DNA of 64,000 nucleotides, from contig JBFXEV010000001.1 of assembly GCA_050179755.1 (NCBI GenBank), forward strand, positions 143,881 through 207,880, written 5' to 3'. Below the pieces are notes generated by a model. The model saw only the letters and a list, made by a program, of their open reading frames with translations. It was not told the DNA's origin and did no database searches. The DNA is from Candidatus Babeliales bacterium (GTDB lineage Bacteria; Babelota; Babeliae; Babelales; JBFXEV01). The position numbers and the translations under genes were made by a program. Of the stretch, positions 59,603-64,000 are shown one piece after another; position 1 is the stretch's first letter, and every line of letters starts with the position of its first letter.

Positions 59603-59718
59603 AACCTTACAGTGTGAGCAATTTTTTAATCGCTTACGGCGCGACTTCATGCTCCATAAACTCAACAATTTTTTGAGCTGCCTGCTCTGGCAATAAACCA
59701 CAAAGATTTTTTTATTAC

Positions 59719-61245
59719 TCATTCATGAGTAAGTTCCGTTATGAGAGCAAGCGCTTCTTTTACTATTGCCGCTTTTTTTAATTGTATTGTTAGTTGAGTC
59801 TTGAGATAGTGGCCTAGCCACTTGCCAGCTTGCGCTGCCGCAAGCAATCGCACCAAAGAGTTTGTTGCAGGTATTTGCCAATAATTATCTACTTCCTTTG
59901 CTACAGTAAAAGCTGATTTCTTTGTTTTATCATGTACGCGATCAGGATCCGCCCCTTCAAGCAATAACAATCTGGCGATTTCAATAAGTTTTATTGGGTG
60001 TCGCTGATATCTATAACTATATTCAGCCAATACGTCGAGCGGTGTTTGCCCTTCATGATTTTGTTCCAGTAAACGATTACCTTCAACAGAAAATAATTCA
60101 TGCAAGTGGTCATCATCAGTCAGCATGCCAAATTTCGCCACATGATGGAATGCATTATTACCCTGCGCATCAACACTTCCCTTAGGAAGACGCGCAAGGA
60201 GCTTGACCATGGTTCCTGACCGAGCCCAATGAATAAGATCAATTTTATAAATCCCATGTTGTATGAAAAATTGCACCAATGGAATATCATCTTCAATTAG
60301 CGCAAGTTTGCCCAAGTTAAAACTTTCAAAATTTTCATTAAAATAATTTTTGTTAATCGTAAGAACCATAGCAATAAGCACGCGTAGCTCGTGCCAGTTT
60401 GAAAACACGGGATTAAGTTCACACAATAATAAATCAGCGGCACCTTCACCAAATTCACGTGCATCTTGCACTGCAACAATGCGCTGCCAAAAAGGATATT
60501 TTGGATGTGATCTTATTACCTCACAATTCAATACCCCCGGGCTACCTGGCAAAATAGGGCACCATTGTTCTATATATTCTTTAGTAATAACTTTGGGCAA
60601 CTTAGTTTGTATATAAGCGCTTGCATGGCATTTGCAAGACTGCACTGCCCGGGAGACCACGTGCCTACGTGGTTTTAATATATCCGCAAAGATGCATGCT
60701 CTCATACTTGCATGGAAAATACGCTGTTCAAGATGGCCAAATCTCGGCTCATATTGATAACACGCGCCATAATCCATAAATGTTTGTTCTGCGTCATCTT
60801 CCCGAGTAACGTCTGCTCCGTACTTATAAAGCAATGTTGCCCAGGCAATTGCATGCTCAGCATCAGTTCTACCAACTTCTTGGCCCACAATATGGAGTGG
60901 CGTGCGCCCTCGCGCATCAACAGCCCCTGCTGCTGCGCCATGTTCCAAATAAAATTGTAATAATGAAGTCTGTAATTTATTACGTGCAGCTGTTCTACAC
61001 ACGTGATGTAACACGGTACCATTATGAATGCCACCTGTTAATGCATAATCAGCGCCGCGTGAACGTAAAGTTTCAGCTTCTTCCTTTGTTTTTGCGGTAA
61101 AAAAATAAGGAGCTTGTAAGGCTATTGTTGTGCCATTTGGTATGTGATACTCAATGCTTTCTTGCGCATTAGGATTAAGATCCATAGCACAGAGCACCGT
61201 TGTTCTCTGTACTAACAATAAAACAATAATGATGCAATAACGCAT
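59719..61245 (-). CDS. Secreted ankyrin repeat protein
   Basis: Likely start 61245; LCA-MDL leader; GTVLHH, GRTPLH, GNNAFHH, GQTPLD, GADPD. Confidence 0.88.
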   Translation of the reverse strand: MRYCIIIVLLLVQRTTVLCAMDLNPNAQESIEYHIPNGTTIALQAPYFFTAKTKEEAETLRSRGADYALTGGIHNGTVLHHVCRTAARNKLQTSLLQFYLEHGAAAGAVDARGRTPLHIVGQEVGRTDAEHAIAWATLLYKYGADVTREDDAEQTFMDYGACYQYEPRFGHLEQRIFHASMRACIFADILKPRRHVVSRAVQSCKCHASAYIQTKLPKVITKEYIEQWCPILPGSPGVLNCEVIRSHPKYPFWQRIVAVQDAREFGEGAADLLLCELNPVFSNWHELRVLIAMVLTINKNYFNENFESFNLGKLALIEDDIPLVQFFIQHGIYKIDLIHWARSGTMVKLLARLPKGSVDAQGNNAFHHVAKFGMLTDDDHLHELFSVEGNRLLEQNHEGQTPLDVLAEYSYRYQRHPIKLIEIARLLLLEGADPDRVHDKTKKSAFTVAKEVDNYWQIPATNSLVRLLAAAQAGKWLGHYLKTQLTIQLKKAAIVKEALALITELTHE

Positions 61246-61506
61246 TGTATTCCACAAGCTCACAAAAATTCTCATATTCTATAATAGCGATGAGTTACAG
61301 CTTACCTGACTTATAATAATTTCCAATTGTGTGTAATCGATTGTAATATGGAGATACTGCACAAAACAATATTTGTTATGCAATTACTCCGATTAAAGAA
61401 GTAGCGAGCTCACGAGCATAAAAAATATAAAACTCTTTGGATATGAGCACTCAATGATGTATACTTATGAATGATCCACTAGTTCATTGTGCCAAAAGGC
61501 TTTATC

Positions 61507-63099
61507 ATGAGACAATCCTTACAAAAATTTTCTAACTTTTCAGCAAACATTAAATCCGGGCTTACGCTCGCACTTGTGGCAACTCCCGGCGCCATTTCAC
61601 TTGCGGTAGCTTCTGGCGTAAATCCTGCGATTGGCATGATCACTGGCATTTGGGCAAGCATTGTTGGTGCACTTTTTGGCGGCAGTAATTATAATATTAT
61701 TGGCATGACGGGCGCACTCACGGGCATTATTGCATCATATGGTATTATGTACGGGCCAGAAATGATTCCCAGCTTAACATTAGTGGCCGCACTGTGCATG
61801 CTTATTGCGTATCTTACAAGATTAGAACGTTATTTAATATTTATTCCGTCAAGCGTTATTCACGGCTTTACCATGGGCGTTGCATTAATGCTCTTTCTTG
61901 GTCAAGTTAATGGTGCATTAGGCTTAGTCAATGTACCCAAACAAAGTAAATTTTTACTAAACGTTATTGAATCACTTAAGCACGTACCTCAATTTGACCC
62001 GCATGCCGTGCTTGCATTTGCATTCTTTTTTTGCAGTCTAATCTTGCTTAGAAAGTTGTTTCCCAAAATACCTGGCGCCATTGTTATAACGCCACTCAGT
62101 ATTATACTGGGTTATGCAACAACATCTGGCATCATTCCCGTTCGCCTACAAACGCTTGGCAGTCAATTTGGCACATTACACCCCCTTCTTTTTAAAATGC
62201 CCGCATTTCACTTTAACATGAATTTGCTGAGCCCTGCGCTGGTGGTTGCCTTTATTGCCATACTCGAGACTATGCTTGCTGCCAAAATTGCCGACGTACT
62301 CACCAAAACAAAACATAACCCACGCAAAGAAATGTTTGGATTAGCGCTTGCCAATATTGCCACGGCCATTATGGGCGGCGTTCCAGCATCAGCAGCACTT
62401 GCACGAACCACGTATAACATTAATGCAGGAGCCACTAACGCACTCTCGGCACTTTTTTCTGGCCTTTTTATGATCGTTATTTCATTTGCATGTTTATCCT
62501 TTTTTTCATATATGCCAGTAACAGCAATTGCTGCCATTATAGTCTACATTTCTTTAACTATGGTAGAGCGTGAGCATTTTAGGCGCTTATACACCTATGA
62601 TAAACCAAACTTTTTTATTGCACTTTTTGTAGCATTAATCATAGTAGGTGAAAACCCTATTGTGGGCATTCTTGCTGGGGCTGTTATGGCGCTGTTGATA
62701 CTTATTAATAAGCTTGCAGAAAGTAACTATGAAGTAGCAGAGCATGAATCATATAAAATTGCACCATCAGATATGCGTGATGCCAAATCTCAAAACGTGC
62801 TTGTATACTTTTTTAAAGGGAAACTCGTATATCTTAATAGCCAAGGACATATTATACGTTTTCAGCACGAATTTAAAAACTATGCAGGTATTATTTTGGA
62901 TCTTCATGATCTCTATTATTGCGATCTTGATGGCGTTGATGCTCTAGAAGAGATTATTGACACTATTAAATGTCGCGGACAAGCAATTGCTCTTATTGCA
63001 CCAAAATCCCCGGTGAAAAATATGTTAGCAAAAAGCGCTCACTATAAAACATTAGAGGAATCTGGACGCGTGTTTGAGACGCTCCATCAGGCGTTATAA
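61507..63099 (+). CDS. SulP family anion transporter with STAS domain
   Basis: SGLTLALVATP, LFGGS, IHGFT, ARTTYN, C-terminal STAS (DLDGVDALEE). Confidence 0.92.
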   Translation: MRQSLQKFSNFSANIKSGLTLALVATPGAISLAVASGVNPAIGMITGIWASIVGALFGGSNYNIIGMTGALTGIIASYGIMYGPEMIPSLTLVAALCMLIAYLTRLERYLIFIPSSVIHGFTMGVALMLFLGQVNGALGLVNVPKQSKFLLNVIESLKHVPQFDPHAVLAFAFFFCSLILLRKLFPKIPGAIVITPLSIILGYATTSGIIPVRLQTLGSQFGTLHPLLFKMPAFHFNMNLLSPALVVAFIAILETMLAAKIADVLTKTKHNPRKEMFGLALANIATAIMGGVPASAALARTTYNINAGATNALSALFSGLFMIVISFACLSFFSYMPVTAIAAIIVYISLTMVEREHFRRLYTYDKPNFFIALFVALIIVGENPIVGILAGAVMALLILINKLAESNYEVAEHESYKIAPSDMRDAKSQNVLVYFFKGKLVYLNSQGHIIRFQHEFKNYAGIILDLHDLYYCDLDGVDALEEIIDTIKCRGQAIALIAPKSPVKNMLAKSAHYKTLEESGRVFETLHQAL

Positions 63100-63765
63100 A
63101 TTAATAACCTCAATTTCTTCTTCGCCGCTAGGCGAAATCTGATATGCTTTTTTACCCTCTTTGGCACTCACCACGCAATGTAACGTGCCATCAACATAAT
63201 GCGCGGCCACGTCGTCGTGCAAAGCAATGCCAGGTTTAACCGCGCGCTCTTGCATTAACTTTAAAAACGTAGGCCTGCGCTCAGGCTCAGTATCATAATG
63301 CGGGCAGCTGCTACCAGGCAAAAAACCCAAACACTCAAGCACGCCAAGAGGCCACACAGAATCAGTAATGCCTTGTTCAAACCAACAGATCGCACCCGCG
63401 CTCACGCCAGCAAGCACTATGCCTTTTTCGTACGCCTCTTTAAGCACATGATCCACACCCCATTCACGCCAAAGCGCTAGCATGCTGCGTGTGTTGCCAC
63501 CGCCCACAAAAATGACGTCTGATGTAAGTAAGCGCTCTTTCCAATCCGGAGACACTCTACCAAACAAAGAAACAGCACTTGGTTGAGCGCCCAGACTCTG
63601 AAACGCATCATAGAATCTGACAATATATTCTTTTGACTCAGCACTTGCCTGGGGTAAAAAAGAGACTTTAGGGTTTGGCTTTTCAACTTGCGAAAGTATA
63701 TATTTTTCCATAGTAAATGGTGATCTAAAGCCCCCACCAATTGCTATTATTTGTTTTTTTGGCAT
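63094..63765 (-). CDS. pepE: Peptidase E (S51) family
   Basis: IGGG, VGGGNT, GVSAGA, CPHY. Confidence 0.88.
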   Translation of the reverse strand: MPKKQIIAIGGGFRSPFTMEKYILSQVEKPNPKVSFLPQASAESKEYIVRFYDAFQSLGAQPSAVSLFGRVSPDWKERLLTSDVIFVGGGNTRSMLALWREWGVDHVLKEAYEKGIVLAGVSAGAICWFEQGITDSVWPLGVLECLGFLPGSSCPHYDTEPERRPTFLKLMQERAVKPGIALHDDVAAHYVDGTLHCVVSAKEGKKAYQISPSGEEEIEVINL

Positions 63766-63902
63766 AATTTTATACTAGTCTGTAAGATACATTATCAAGA
63801 ACTTCTACATACTTCTAGTTTACACCCGGCCTTAGGCCTTGCATAGTTTAACTCCACCTATACACTAAAATCAAAGTAGTCTCTGATTTTCTAAAGATAC
63901 GT

Positions 63903-64000
63903 ATGAAATTTGCAATTGCTTTTCTTGGCCTTTATATACTTGCAAGCTCAACAAGTTCTGCTATGGATATACAGGAATTGCATGAATGTAGGCTGCCCAG
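63903..64000 (+). CDS. Secreted protein, partial (runs off the window)
   Basis: MKFAIAFLGLYILASSTSSA-MDIQELHECRLP. Confidence 0.6.
   Translation, partial: MKFAIAFLGLYILASSTSSAMDIQELHECRLP

Overview
AT-rich bacterial chromosome segment, with no rRNA, tRNA, CRISPR array or transposase visible. The gene style (many short Sec-type leaders fused to ankyrin, WD40, Skp1/F-box-like and papain-fold domains) suggests an intracellular parasite of eukaryotes, most like Ca. Dependentiae/Babelota (TM6); this is inference, not a search result. Housekeeping genes include tkt, pgi-zwf-gnd, rseP, ppa, nrdAB, hppA, truB, murE, ruvX, tsaB, rsmE, gpmI, SulP and pepE. Highlights: (1) a candidate ubiquitin-hijacking toolkit of two Skp1/BTB-like-WD40 fusions with NLS-like tails, an ankyrin/F-box-like protein and two Josephin-like Cys-His-Asp proteases; (2) a recurrent leader in which the signal peptide is followed by Met-[DENQ] on effector-like proteins but not on envelope housekeeping proteins, including a 4-gene array with a shared leader and swapped payloads; (3) two copies of a 390-500 bp non-coding element with inverted three-hairpin arms showing compensatory changes, plus two smaller REP-like families; (4) a Chlamydia-type class Ic (Tyr-less) RNR beta subunit; (5) a signal-peptide deoxynucleoside kinase-VOC fusion; (6) low-complexity secreted proteins with Arg...Phe-Phe tails, one truncated by a 7-bp duplication. 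All assignments come from motif recognition by eye.
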